Assembly (NCBI GenBank): GCA_977018835.1
Contig: OZ361259.1
Location: 1,302,001 to 1,366,000, forward strand
Source: Minutocellus sp. GHC0000111
Lineage: Eukaryota
DNA: 64,000 nt
Direction of reading: 5' to 3'
The notes beneath the pieces are model-generated. The model was not told the origin of the DNA, made no database searches, and worked only from the letters and a program-made list of their open reading frames with translations. Below, in pieces: positions 35,527-48,479 of the stretch (its first letter is position 1; each line of letters opens with the position of its first letter). The translations under genes were made by a program, and so were the position numbers.

Positions 35527-38342
35527 TCAGTTGCTGCTCGGAGCCTCGGATACTTCGTCGCTGGGGGCGACACTTGGTGCGGGGCTCGTCCTGGAAACCG
35601 TGGGTATATCAACAGTCGTTGTCGTCACATCTGCAGGGTTTGTGGAGCTTTGTGGAGCTGGTGATTTGCTTGCGGCAAACATTGTAGCCGGCGAGGGTGG
35701 GACTCCACCCTTCTCTTTGGCTGCTGCAGCGTTGCCATCTCCAAAGACAAGGGACCGAGCAGCACCGGCAACAGCATTCTTGATGTTGGCTCGCGCGCCA
35801 CGTCCCGAATGCTTGCCCGTCCGATTCGTCATGGGCGTGGCAATGACGCCGGTGGCGAGGCGATCAAGGTGAGCCCACGCTGGACTGGCCATGCTCACGT
35901 CCATGGGGTTGCCATGATCCAGGCTCTGGTCGGGAGTACCGGGGACCTGCGGATGAGGCGGCATCATCATGCCTCCGTGGAAAGAATTGTCCAGGCTCAT
36001 GTTGGGATCACCACCGTGCATCGAATAATGTGGTGGCTGGCCATATCCTGGTGGAGGGCCTTGCCCAGCCCAGTGTGGGTTGGCGTGCTGGCCGTAGAAG
36101 CCGGGAGGCCCTTGTTGACCCATTGGTGCAGCCATGCCCATGGCAGCGTGATGAGGGGGCGCGTGATAGTAGGGGTTGTGCCCATAGGACATTCCATACG
36201 GGTTGCCGTACGGTGGGGGCATCTGGCCGTAGCCGCCGTTATTGCCCCCGTGCATCAGAGACATGTCCCCAGGACCACCATAGCTCGGAGGGTGAGGAGG
36301 GTGACGAAGTTGGGATGCCGTTCCAAGCGGCTCCCTCCTCGTCGTCTTCTCCGCCACCGAAAGAGGAGGCTCGGCTGTGGCTGCTGAGACTGAGGTCGTT
36401 ATCGGATCCTCGGCTGCTGCTGCCCCGGCCTCCCCTCCTGCCGCGCCTTTTGCGAGACGATCCTGGTTGCTTCTGCTGACTGGCGGTCGATATGGACGGC
36501 ACAGGAGGCCGCCCTGCTGGACGAGGCAAACCTCCACCGGCAGGTGCCTTGGGTGGTCTGCCTACCGGAGTTTTGCCAGCGGCGATGGCTGCACTGGCAG
36601 CAATGGCGACAGCGGCACTGGGCGGCTGCTTCGCCCTCGCGGCCGCCATGGCCTTGAGGAACCGAACATCAATCTGGTCTCGAAGGAGAGGACTTTCCGT
36701 GTCGGCCTGCTCAGCAAGAGGTCGTAGCTCCTGCTTGTGTATAAGGTTGCGAAGCGCCACCTCCGCCTCCGGTGAGGCATCAGCCCAACCCTCGAAGAAG
36801 TACAGGGCCCCCATCCACTCCTCGGACGAAAAGTACGAGCATCGCGCGAGGTGGTCGGAGACGGCGCAGACCTCCGATCTGAGGAAGGCCGATACCGGTG
36901 AAACAGAGTTCTTGACGTCGACACCGTTGTGCTTGAGCTTCTTGATGCACTTGGCCAAGAACTTGTGGTAGTGGATGAGAGGCCAGAGATATCTGCATTT
37001 TGATTCGGCGAGGAGAAGAAAATAAAGTTAGGTTTTCAGTGAGCGAACGCATAAATGTAAGAAAAATATGCTAACAAGTCAGCAGCCAAAAGTAATCTCA
37101 CCTCCACCTCTTGTTGTGGCTGTTGGGCTCGATCCAGGGATTCTTGCCCGACTTGGCCTCCCACCAACTACGGCTGGGCTTCCACAATTGCGTCCGGCTT
37201 TGGCTGAGGTCCGTCATGGGGTTGGGAGCCTGCTGACTTCCCCCGCCGGTGCTGCTGTTGTCGTCGGCGGCGATGCTGTCCTGCTCTCCGATGGCCTGGG
37301 CAAAGGTCGGGCAGGATCCTCCGGCGTACTCGATCTCCGATACCGATCGGCTGGAGATGGCACGGAGCAGCCACTTCTCCTCGTCGATGAGGGCCGAGGA
37401 CGAGGTGCCGGCGGTGAGGGTGGAGGAGGCGGCCGTCGTGGCGGTGCTGATCTTGGACATGGTCGGGGCCAGCGGTGGGCCGGGAGGTGGTCCATTGACG
37501 GCAATGACGAGGGGGCTGAACTCCTCGTTGACGGGATGGTCGCCGACGTTGCTGCTGGCGGCACTGATGGTGGACATGCTGCCAGCGACAGATCCAGACA
37601 TGGAGGACGATCGGTTTCGACGGCCGGCGGCGGCATCGTTGCCCGCGGAGTCGTTGGCGGCCATATCGGTCGACTCCTTGTTGATGTCGTGGATGATGCT
37701 GTAGAACGACACGCGGTTGACGGTGGGAGCCGGCAGGTCCAGAGCCAGGACGGGATGGAGGGAGAAGGGGATGGTCTCTCCCAGGACGGTGATCTTGGGT
37801 GACGGAGAGGTCTTGACTGGTGCTGATTGAGCATTTGCCCTCGGTGTTCTGACGGCAGATCGTTGTTGTTGGTGGTGATGTTGCTTGGATTTTGATGGGG
37901 ATTTGCCAGAATTATTGTTCTTGATACTCAAGCCCTCGACGTTGAGCTGATCGACACCGGCGGGAGAGCTGCCATCATTGGCATCGCCGCCCTCTCCAAC
38001 ACCAGCATTGGTAGAGTGGTTGGAATCACCCCCCTTTTCGGTGGACGACGGAGTGCTGAGCACGCCCGACGTCTGCTCACAGTTCTCAAAGGCATCGGTC
38101 AGGTTCCGACTCACGGGAGCGTTGGGGATGACAAGCGTCTGGTTGTGGCTGGCGGCACTGATGTGGGAGGCATCGACGTCGCCGAGGCTGATGCTGTCGG
38201 CCTCCTCGGGGGCAGCTGCCACGGCCACCTCGACCTCCCCGCTGGACAGTTGGGTGAGGTTGGGCTCGGTGGGTGGTACCGACGCAAACTCGTCAAAGTC
38301 GTGCGGATGCGACGGCTGAATTGTGGGGCTTTGGGGCGTCAT
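35527..38342 (-). CDS. Conserved hypothetical protein; intron 36993-37101; frameshift ~36310
   Basis: Splicing gives the ordered block LWKPSRSWWEAKSGKNPWIEPNSHNKRWR|YLWPLIHYHKFLAKCIKKLK; Pro/Gly/Met-rich C-terminus in the shifted frame. Confidence 0.7.
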
Positions 38343-39553
38343 TTTGTAGTGTGTTGTTGGTCGATTGATTGAGGATGGGCCGATCACAATCCTATTGGTC
38401 GAGGATGAAGATGCCGTCGTCGCTTTTTATGGAGGGAGTTGTGCCCAAAATGAGAGCGAGCGGGCTGAGCTGAGCTGTATCACCACGGTAGACCGCAGAC
38501 AAAATCCAATCGATATATCGTGGAGAACGTATGCAATTCCACGTCCACGGTGAGGATATCAGTTCAGGTCCAAACAGAAAGATCGGACCGAGGACCCACC
38601 ACCAATGCCGAGCAGCGCCAATAAGTAGTGGAAAAATCCGTTCAAATTTGTTCCGTAGGTTCCACGAAATCAGGCACAAGATGTGTCGGGGTGACCTTCA
38701 GCTGTCGCAACTTCCAGATACCGCTTCCACGATAGACTGCGCGTGCGGAAACCGTTCGTATGTGCAATGCCGTCCGAGGATGTGCAGCCAAATCGATGTA
38801 TCCGATTTGAATGTTTGGCCGGGACCAAGAAAAATCGTTGGAGGGCAACAATGGATGACCGTTCGAAATTATCGGCAGCCGATTCTCTCGAAATTATCGG
38901 CAGCCGATACAGACGATGCCGTGGCGAGGCGATCTCCAATAGCAAATGGCGGTAGGCCCCAAATGTTTTGAACGCATCGGAACGCCTTCCCGCTCTCATC
39001 ATCATCGCTCGTCCACCGGCACTCTTGCAGCCGGTACCTCCGGGTGGCTCCAACAAATTTCACTCGGAGACGGCCCGGCCGGCGCGCCCGCCACTTGCTT
39101 CCCCTTGCTTTTCCGTAAGCAGCGAGCCGGGTCGCCGGCACGGCCGAGACAAAACTGGCGAGTGTGCCAATTTGAATTCATTTGAATTTTGGCTGCGCCG
39201 AGCCCGTAAATGGCGGTTTCGCAGTAAAAGAACAGAACAATGCCGGCAGCAACAGCAAAAGTAAGGCGGTGAAAGTAATGTGAGCGAAGCAAGTGTCAGG
39301 GAAGTGCACCTCCTGCCCATGCCAATGCTTTAGTTACTTAGATATCTCGGAAAGCAGTATCGATGGCATGCGGGTTCGCTCTACTGCGGGCATAAGTGAG
39401 GTGCGCCAAGGACGGCAGAACACAAGAGAGGCTGGCAGCTGGCCGATTCTTTTGTGAGAGTGTCGACGTCAAGCGGAGCATAGCACAGAACGTTGAAGGG
39501 CAAGCCAGCCGCGTGTTGCGGCACCAGAAACCGACGCTCTTGATCACACATAC

Positions 39554-40234
39554 ATGAACTACTTCCCGCAACGTAGACGAATACGCACCGGTAGGAAGCT
39601 CGCCGTCGCGGTTGGCGCCCTCGCCGTGCACTCGTCAATTGTAGCAGCACCTTTCGGCGCGGCGGCATTCCAATTTCAATGTAGCCCACCGTCAAAGCTG
39701 CGCAGCAACGGCAGCAAGCAGGCACCGAGAAGGAAATGCCCAGTATCCTTCAAAGCTTTTGCCACACCACCGACACAACAAGACGACGAATCCCGGCACA
39801 TCGACTTGCAATCCGACGCATCGAGATACGGCCGAGGCGAGGAGCACATCACCTTCGACCTCCAACCCGGCGACGTCGTGGCGTACCAGCGGGGGACGTG
39901 GTACGTCGATGGCGTCGCCGTTGGTCCGGGGGACGATCCGTGCTGGTCCTACGCTCTGGTGGATGGTCTGCAGGTGGTGTGGACGCACAATTGCGAGCAT
40001 GGCGTGGTTCGGGGGTGGCATTTGGATCTTGTCCATGGTGATGATAATGAAGATGATGCTTCCGCGGGGACGGTAATGCGACGAAATGGAGAGGAAGAGG
40101 AGGTGGAATTCGGCCCGGAGCAAGTCATTGGACGCATCAACAACATGCAATGGGACGATGACATGATGATTGGCATTGCACCCATACCACTCAATGACGA
40201 TATCTGGAGAAGGGCTGCTGAGGAGCAGTACTAG
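39554..40234 (+). CDS. Hypothetical protein, probably plastid-targeted
   Basis: Signal-like segment ending AAA-FQF; globular core GTWYVDG...LQVVWTHNCEHGVVRG...EFGPEQVIGR. Confidence 0.7.
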   Translation: MNYFPQRRRIRTGRKLAVAVGALAVHSSIVAAPFGAAAFQFQCSPPSKLRSNGSKQAPRRKCPVSFKAFATPPTQQDDESRHIDLQSDASRYGRGEEHITFDLQPGDVVAYQRGTWYVDGVAVGPGDDPCWSYALVDGLQVVWTHNCEHGVVRGWHLDLVHGDDNEDDASAGTVMRRNGEEEEVEFGPEQVIGRINNMQWDDDMMIGIAPIPLNDDIWRRAAEEQY

Positions 40235-40397
40235 CTACGTAGCTAGCTGGCCTTTGTGTACTTGACAGGAGGTAGCCTGCCTGTACGAGCACGCCTACAA
40301 ATGTTTACCACAAAAGGATGCAGCAAGTAGAATGTTAATCAAATACTTCTCAATTACGTGTATGGGGATTTACAATGGATTAATCTATTTCATGCTT

Positions 40398-43300
40398 CTA
40401 CTTTGTGCCCTCACCTCCACCCTCGCGGCCAAGACCATCATATACGCCCAAGCCGTACATATTGGTGAGACCGTCGTTGGCGTTTCCGCCATTGCTAGAA
40501 TCGTCAAAGAGCCAGCTGGCAAAGTCAAAGAATTGATAGGCAATGGCAAAGTGACCCGGGGTCTGGCCTTCCTTGTTCTGGTGGTTGGGATTGGCCCCCT
40601 TTGCGATCAGCATCTTGGCCATCTTGGTGGCTCCATTCTGAGCCGCAACGTGAAGGAGGGTGTTGCCATGGCCATCACATTTATTGAGATGATACACCTG
40701 TTTGTCGTAGGATTGGATGTAGGCCGTTCCCACGTCCTCCGCAAATTGGACTCGAACATCTCGCTCGTCGAATGGCTTTGTCGGTAGTATATCAATCGCT
40801 TCCTGTAGCTTATCAATATTCTTGTTTCGTACCCACGTTGCGAGCTCTTCGAATGTTGGCGGTACGAGGCCGCCTAGCGGTGGCGTTGGCGTCGTGGCGG
40901 CAGAGAACCCGGCATCGTCAGGAGCGCCGGTATTGGGCGGGGCCAAGAGTGAGAACTGGGTTGAAGATGGCACAGTTGCGGGTGGAGAAGCAACAGCGTC
41001 GGCAGAAGCATTTGCTACTGTCAAAGGATGAGAGGAGGCCAGTGGAGTCGTCGCCATAAGAGGCGCCATCAACTCCTCGATGCCACAAAGAATCTTCTTT
41101 CGGTGGAGTTTGTGCTCCACGCCCAAGGTTCCTTGCAAGTCGTCGTCGGTCAGCTTGCAAAGAAAGTTCCCATCCACTGCTCCCTCACGAAAGGAATCGG
41201 CATAGACATCCAAGCTCTGGGTAGAAAGCCACTTGGCAACATCATCGGTGCTCCAATTGCGCACCTGGCTGGTGGTGGCATTGGTTGGCCTTAGTGGAAT
41301 CCCTCCCGGTGATGCCGCCATGCCCATCATCTCACCTGGCAACTTTGGCATACCTTCTGCAGATGAAGCTGTAGGTGCCAGCGCCGTATCCAGCACCGCA
41401 GCCTTCTTCATTGCTCGGACCATGTTGAGGGAGCTAAAGTATGTCATAATCATACTCATGAAGCCAAATTTCATCATCTGCTCTGTCGATGACATGAGAT
41501 CGGCGGCCTCTTGCTTTTGCTGGACAGTAGGACCTTGGTAAGGGGAGAGAGCCGAGGATGCTGCCGCACTACCGACACCAGTATCCCTGGCATCGACGCT
41601 GCCGCCACATGCACGTTGAGTATTGCTTGATTCGGCAGTGCTCCTATCTTCTCTCCGATTCTCCCGTTTGCGACGAATCGCTTCAATCTGTTGCTCTTGG
41701 GCCTCCAGCAGAACAACGAGCTTTCGTTCAAGGGACTTCATTTCTTCGTTCTTGCCTTGGCGCGTAATACCGAGGTCCTGTAGCTTCTTCTCCAGGTCCT
41801 GGAGCTCTTGCTTACGGTCGGCGATCTTGGCCAGCATGACACCAAACTCCTTGTCCAGACGAATCTTTTGGTCTCGCAGTTTATGCTTCAGATTGCCCTT
41901 GAGAACGGCTGCATTTTCTCGTTCCGCCTTGGCAAGGGCATGCACCTCCTTTTCGAGATCTGTCACGTCGCCCTCGAACTGACTAATTTCTTCCAACAAT
42001 ACATCCACCCTCTCCTCGGCCACTCGTTTTTCCTGGTCTAGCAGAGATATTTCCGATTGTAGCCGGGTGGCCTGTAGCTTGTGCTCGGCCAGAAGCTGTC
42101 GACCAAGCTCAATGCCACTGCTCTGACTTCGGCTGAATAGGCACTTTTCTCGCTCCCTCTCCGCGCGTCGTCGCCCGAGATGGCCCCGGTACATTCTCGA
42201 CAAGACAATGCTCGCATGACGTCGTTCTCGGTGGAACGCGACAGTTCGCTTGGCTTTGAACCTTCTCCATAGACACTGCAAATAGGTTGCAGCGAGGTGT
42301 CGCCGAGCAATCAGAGCCAAAACAAGCCGCCGGGCCTTGGTACCACGCCATCGCTTGGCTAGTCGAATCTGAGACTCTCGTCGTAGGCGCTGACGGTAGG
42401 ATTCGCAACGACCTCGGTGGCCTCGGAGAACTCGTTGGACAAAGAGGGCTGCCCACAGCTCCATGCGACATTCGCGAAAATAGATCCGCCCTTGATTCCC
42501 GCGAAAGCATCTCTGGATGGTCAAGGCCGACCTGTCCATCTTGAGCCGATCGATCATTGCCCGCGCCATGAATATACGAAGGCCCCCTGCAACACTCTTG
42601 CAGCATTGTCCAGCTTGAGCAGACGTTTCCGATTGCGCTTCAAGCGCCAGGCCATGTACTCAGAGACTTCTGGGTATTGGTCAGGATCGGGGTAGACTGC
42701 GCTGTTGCCGCCGGCTTTGTAGATGGAGTTGTCTTGGCGCTCAAATGATGGCTTGGTAGGATCAAGGAGGACTTTGGGCTGAGACTGAGGACTGGCGGTG
42801 TTGGCGGCATCGTTCTTCCTGCTGGTCTGCCTGGCTGGGGTAGTGCCGACCCTCTTCCTCACTTCGGAGCCCTTTGGTGAAGAAGAATCCAACACGCAAT
42901 CGATATACTTGTCCTCAAATCGAACTGTCGAGGGAGTGCGCAACTGCGATGAGCCCTGATGATGATCTTCCAGCATTGTCATCGTAGCGTCTTCCTTCCC
43001 GTCTGCCCCCAACGCCGCTTGCGATATTATCGCGCTACTCCTGCCTTCATGCTGGCCCGTCGATAGCTGCTCGATGAGACCAACCATCTGCTTCTTCTTT
43101 TCCTGGAATAACTCGTGTCCGCCCTTGACCATCAGGATGCAAGTTCGTTTACCAACGCCCTTGAGAGCGCTGTGGATGGTCTTGCTGGCATTTCTCCCGT
43201 CCAAATAGGATTTGGCATGGAGAGGACGGATAAGTTCATCCTGATCACCGTGAACAGAAATGATTGGAGCAGAGATGTCGCCGAGGAGTGGCCTCGCATC

Positions 43301-45619
43301 GATGTTGGCGAGCATTCCGAGACAAAGGCGTAGCCTACCGCGTATCGTGATAGGATTGTGTACGGCAGTGTAGAGATTGAGTGCCAGTGGGGCTGACGTT
43401 TGGACCAGGTAGGATTTCGAGAGTCCGGCCTCGTTTCGGGTGCACATCCAAAGACATAGGTACAATCTTGAATCACCGAGGCGTAGTGCGTATCAACATA
43501 GGACAGAGAATTGACGAGAACGAGCCCCCGAAGTCCAGACAGTGGACTCTTTGCTGCAAAACATGATGCAACGGAGCCGCCAATGCCACATCCCAACAAA
43601 TAAAAGGGCCTCTCCGCGTCGAATCTCCGAATACTACCGTCCGGGCCGACGTGGCGCAGCAATTTATCCAAGCAGGTGGCCAGGTACTCGTTGTTGAGGA
43701 CGGAAGTATCGGCAAAGGACGTAAATGCTTGGCCAGGATAATTCCACAATAGTATCTGAACACCGGGATACTTTACGACAAGGTCAGAGAGCAGAATCGA
43801 CATTCGCTCCAGAGTATCAAAGGCATCGTGGCATACCACTAGGTTGAAGAAGGGCGGTGGTGAATGCTTAGGTGCTGTTGAATTGGAGAGATTGACGTGG
43901 TACCCACTGTCGAAGATGACAAAGGGTAGCGAGGTTGCCGCATCAATCTCAAATACGCCGGTGAACAAGTTTGGATCGAGGTTGTCGGCAGTTGCGACCT
44001 TCTCTTGCTTCTTCGGTGGAACTTGGGAAGTAAGAATCTTCTTTGGCTTTGAGGAGAGTTCGCGTTTATCGTTCTTCACTGGTGGAGCCAGCCTCAACAC
44101 TGCGTTGGGAGCACTGTTATTTGCCGCTGGCCTTTCAGAGGTCTTTGCGATACGCATCTTCTTCCCTACCGACAATGCTCCGGCTTGCTCAACCGCCTCG
44201 ACTCGCTTCTTTGCCGCCCTTTTCTCCTCCGTTTCTATCCGCTTGGCTTGATATTCCACTGCGTCCGTCACCGTCTTGGTGAGTTGCTTTAGCTCCAGCG
44301 GCTTGCAAATACAGCCATCGATGCCAACACTGATGTAGGAACGAAGATCTAGCGGGGTAAGTTCGGACGTCATGACGAGAATCTGTGGCAGGAGGGGCGG
44401 CGGCTCGGTGTCCCTGCGCTTCGGTCTCCGCTTCTCGCCTGCCTTTTCTTCATGCTCTCTCTTTTCCTTCTCCTCGGAGTGTCTACATCTCAGCCACTTG
44501 GTAATGTCAATGGCGTCGTTCGTTGGCAAGTCCTTGGCCAGCAAGAGAACATCAAAGGGTGCCGATGACGACTGCAGTATATCCAGACATTCCTTCCCAT
44601 TCAATGCCGTCCTAATCACGTAGTTGTTGACGCAAAATTGCTTGGTAATCGTCAATATCGTCTGCTTCTCCCCATCCGCGACGAGAAGACGGGGCCTCTT
44701 TGTTCCCCGATGCCGATGCTGATGCTGATGCTGCTGAGGCAGGGGTGTCTGCTGATGAGATTGTGGTTTGGTCGATGACAAAGAGCTACCGGTACTAGAT
44801 TCACCGCCTGCTACCGCCTTCTTGCTTTTTGCTTTCGACGCAACATTCGGCTTGGCATTCTCACGTTGAGTATCCTCTACAGGTTGTCGCTGCCGTCGAC
44901 TCTTCTTGGATTTCGTGGTTGATTTTGTCCTCGGTTTGGCCTTTGGGGGCGAAGTGACCGGCGATGCCGGCTTGGTATTGCCTCTAGCAATGCTAACACC
45001 ACAACTTCCATCTCCAGCAGTAGCAGCAACAGAAGAAGTCTCATCACGACCCTCAACTATCGCGCACGCCTTTTCCAACAAAGTGTAGACATGATAGCAA
45101 ATCTCACAAACCAGTACCTCGCCAGGTGATGGAGTCGGGCCGATGCTCCGTCCTCTGCGACTGTTCGACGAGTGAGCCTTGATCAACTTTGCCCAATCCT
45201 CTTCTGGTATCAAGCAAGCCTCCTCCGCTATGGCCAGCTTGGCTCGGCTCGCACGGTGTTCATTCTTGACTGTTTCTACCTGCTTGGAGGGCACTGTGCG
45301 ATATGCGAATGGATCAATCCTTGCCGCTATTCGGAGCTGTGCGAGATCACCACCCTCTTCCAATTTTCCATACTCTTCCTCCGTTAGGACCCATTGCATG
45401 ATACGGCGAGCCCTCTCTCGTTCATCGTTGGCTCGTGCAATATCCTGCGATACCGCAGCGCTAGAGCTACACGACGTGGAGGTTGATGGTGCTGTTGAGC
45501 CAAAGAGTAGATCCCTGGAAGGATCCAGCAGTCGAATGTGATTCGCAGAACTCGCCTAGACATCTTGCGCAGTGGGAGTACGCAGCTCCCGCAATCAAGG
45601 CTGGGCGGCGTCGTTCCAT
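40398..45619 (-). CDS. Multidomain protein: Cys motifs + pseudo-receiver + alpha/beta-hydrolase fold + IQ repeats + coiled coil + SAM + ankyrin; broken at ~45500, ~43422 and ~42577
   Basis: Receiver: RLLVAD..ALNGKECLDIL..FDVLLL..ILVMT..GIDGCICKP. Hydrolase: LLWNYPGQ, LLGCGIGG, PIISVHGDQDELI, GGHE. IQ motifs IQRCFRG and VQRVLRGH. SAM WSTDDVAKWL..F.EGAVDG..L..LT. ANK GNTLLHVAAQNG. Confidence 0.85.
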
Positions 45620-45821
45620 TCCATTGCGTGGTGTTGCTGCTGGATGAGTAGGAGAGGTGTGGGAGGTTGAGTGGTGAAAGGTTGAGTTGGAAAGATGACG
45701 AAAAACTTCAGCGCGAACGTCACATGCCCAGAGCAGATCCCAGCACCAACAACGCACTCACTCTGCTCAAGCTATCGCAATCCACCAGCCTGCTTGCAGT
45801 ATCGGTATGACCTGATGAGAC

Positions 45822-48111
45822 ATGTGGCAGCGGAGGCTGCCAGACCAAGGTAGATCGACTTCGACGATCCCAACAAACCAGGTCTTCACCGCGGTTACTC
45901 TATCCAAGGGATCTTTCAGGGCCCCAGCAACAACAGCTCAACTCGAGGATGGAGCAAGGACGCTACGATATCCCTCGTATGGCGATACGTGTAGAGCTGC
46001 TTCTGTTTCTGCTTCGGCGGAGCTCGACTCTCTGTGGATGGCGGGGTTCCTAGATCATGCGACGAGCACTCAAGACGAGGAAATCAAGGCAACTCTGCGC
46101 TCTCTCCTGAGCTTGCCGGGCTCAGACATTCTCCCTGCTGCAGATGGTATTCTCAAATCTCACCCAAGCAATGCATGTAAGGCAACCAACGATGACAGCG
46201 GCAATGGCATGTCACTGGAAGAGAAGGAACGACTTGAATCGGCCAGTCGCAGACTTCTCATGAAACAAAAGCGGCTGCGATGTTCTAGTCCTTTGGCGTC
46301 AAAAAAGGTCAAGCCCAAGGTCAAGCCCAAGCCCAGCAAAACTTCCCCGACGCCATATCACTCGGCGAATGCAAAGATTAGCAAGGTTCTGCAAACCAGA
46401 ACGCCGATGCACCAGCCAGCACAAATGCAATCCGACTTACTTGAACATCTCTTTCAGATCAATCGAAGAGAAATCTCAGCTGCAATCACAATTCAATCGT
46501 TGTGGAGGCGGTGCGTATCGATTGGTCACACGAAACGAATAATTCTCAGCTACCGATCGGCCAAAATGATCCAAGCCATTGTTCGTGGCCACTTGGCTCG
46601 CATGAGAGTATGCCGCATTCGCCAGAGACTACTTCGAGCAGTGCTCAAATGCCAGTGTCAATACCGATGCCGCAACGCATGGCGTCGGTGGCGGCATAAC
46701 CAGCTGATGGAGCGCATAGCAGCTACCAAGTGCCAATCAGTTGCCCGAATGTGGCTGGCTCGACGGATCATTTTGCGGTTGCGCCTAAGACATGCTGCTA
46801 CCCAAATCCAATCAGTATGGAGAGGATACCAAGGGCGCCGTCATCGCGCTCAACGGCGGTTATATAGGAATGCCACGGTTCTTCAGTGTTGGAGGCGCGC
46901 GGAACTTGCCAAACGTGCTGTGAAGCATCTACATCTGATGAAGCATGAAGCAGCCAATCACATTGAGCGTTGGTGGCGAGGACATTGTGCAAGGATGCGT
47001 CGGGACGAGTTGCTGTACCAAAGGACTATTGAGACTCGATCCAACCAAGTTCGAGTATTGGCCGCTGAGGAGCAGTTCTGGTCTGATCGTCTACAGGACC
47101 TGGAAAAGAGGATGGCTTCTGATGACGATATCAAGGAGTGGAAAAGGATTCTTGCCGACCTACCAGCCAAAAGCAACCGCACTCGAAGAGCAAATTCAAA
47201 CAGACGAGACTCTCCTGGTCGACCAGAGGGCGCTACGGCAGGACCTATCCCCACGATCGGTCGAACAGGGCTGGCTGGAACAGGTCGATCGCAACATTGC
47301 CAATACCAGAGAGTCTATAACGAGATGCAAGCTTGAGCTGGTATTTGGCGTCCGCCGTACGATCCGTCAGGCCGAGATTGATGTGCAGAGACGCACCGAC
47401 GAGGTTGATGATGCTCAAAGGACTCACGATCGTTACGCCAAGTGGAAGGAGGAAGAATTGAACGAACTCTGGGATAGTGAGCGGCAACATGACAAGGCGG
47501 TGCGGATCAAATCCAAGGCGCAAGCCATTGCCGACGAACGTCGCCGATGGGCAGTCAAGTGGACGGTGCCAAGCGGCAAGCCCGAGAAGGACGAGGGTCC
47601 TCTTGCCGAGCAGCGCAAGTATAGAGTCGAGCAATCGGTGGGAGCCTTTTGCGGAGGGGCGGTGGACCTTTTGGCCGACAGCACCATACCAAGGACGAGG
47701 GATGCTGGGCAGCCTCCAAAAGAGTACCAACTGCTCAAGAGCCTCATCGAGAGGTCCAAGCTTCGGAGTCACAAGAACGAGGCACTGACATTCGAAGCAC
47801 GGCTCGACCCGATTCTGAAAAAGATGAGAGACGGTTCTGCCGAAGCAATCGCCAAGGGCGCAAAGGGGTTGGCAACGACGAGGACAGTAGATGTCATGGC
47901 GGCGAAAAAGCTTGATGGTAAGACTAAGACAACAAGAGAGGAAGAAACAAAACCAAAAGCGCCAACGATCAGGCTGGACACACCTAAGCTACCACGGTCG
48001 ATGCCATTTAAAGACTTGAAGCGCATCCGCGGCGAAAGAGATGCATTTCAACGTTACGCTACGTCCATTCAGACCGATGCCAAGAGTTCTCGATGGATAA
48101 ATGAAGAGTAA
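45822..48111 (+). CDS. IQ-motif (calmodulin-binding) coiled-coil protein; frameshift in A-run 47169-47172
   Basis: About 7 IQ motifs (IQSLWR, IQAIVRGHLAR, IQSVWRGYQGR, IERWWRGH). The coiled coil continues in ORF 46945-48111. Confidence 0.8.
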
Positions 48112-48415
48112 TGGACCCGAACGACGGCCGAGAACGACGGCATTGCTGTATAGTATGGTATGTAGTAAAATTCAAATCCCCTTACTCTATTAGCATTCAC
48201 CTCAGATGCCACGGTCGATGCCATTTGAAGACTTGAACCGCGTCCGTGCCGAAAGAGATGCATTTCAGCGTTATGCTACGTCCATTCAGACCGATGCCAA
48301 GTGTTCTCGGTGGATAAATGAAGAGTAATGGACCAGAGCGACGGCCGAGAACGACGGCATTGCTGTATAGTATGGTGTGTAGTAAAATTCAAATCCCCTT
48401 ACTCTATTAGCATTC
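47981..48415 (+). repeat. 217 bp tandem duplication of the IQ gene's last codons, stop and 3' UTR
   Basis: 47981-48197 and 48198-48415 are collinear, about 90% identical by eye. Confidence 0.92.
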
Positions 48416-48479
48416 TGCAGACAATTTAAGATCAGATGTGCTGAAGATGTTGTTGTGCAGCTGATGATTGGAGAGAAAT

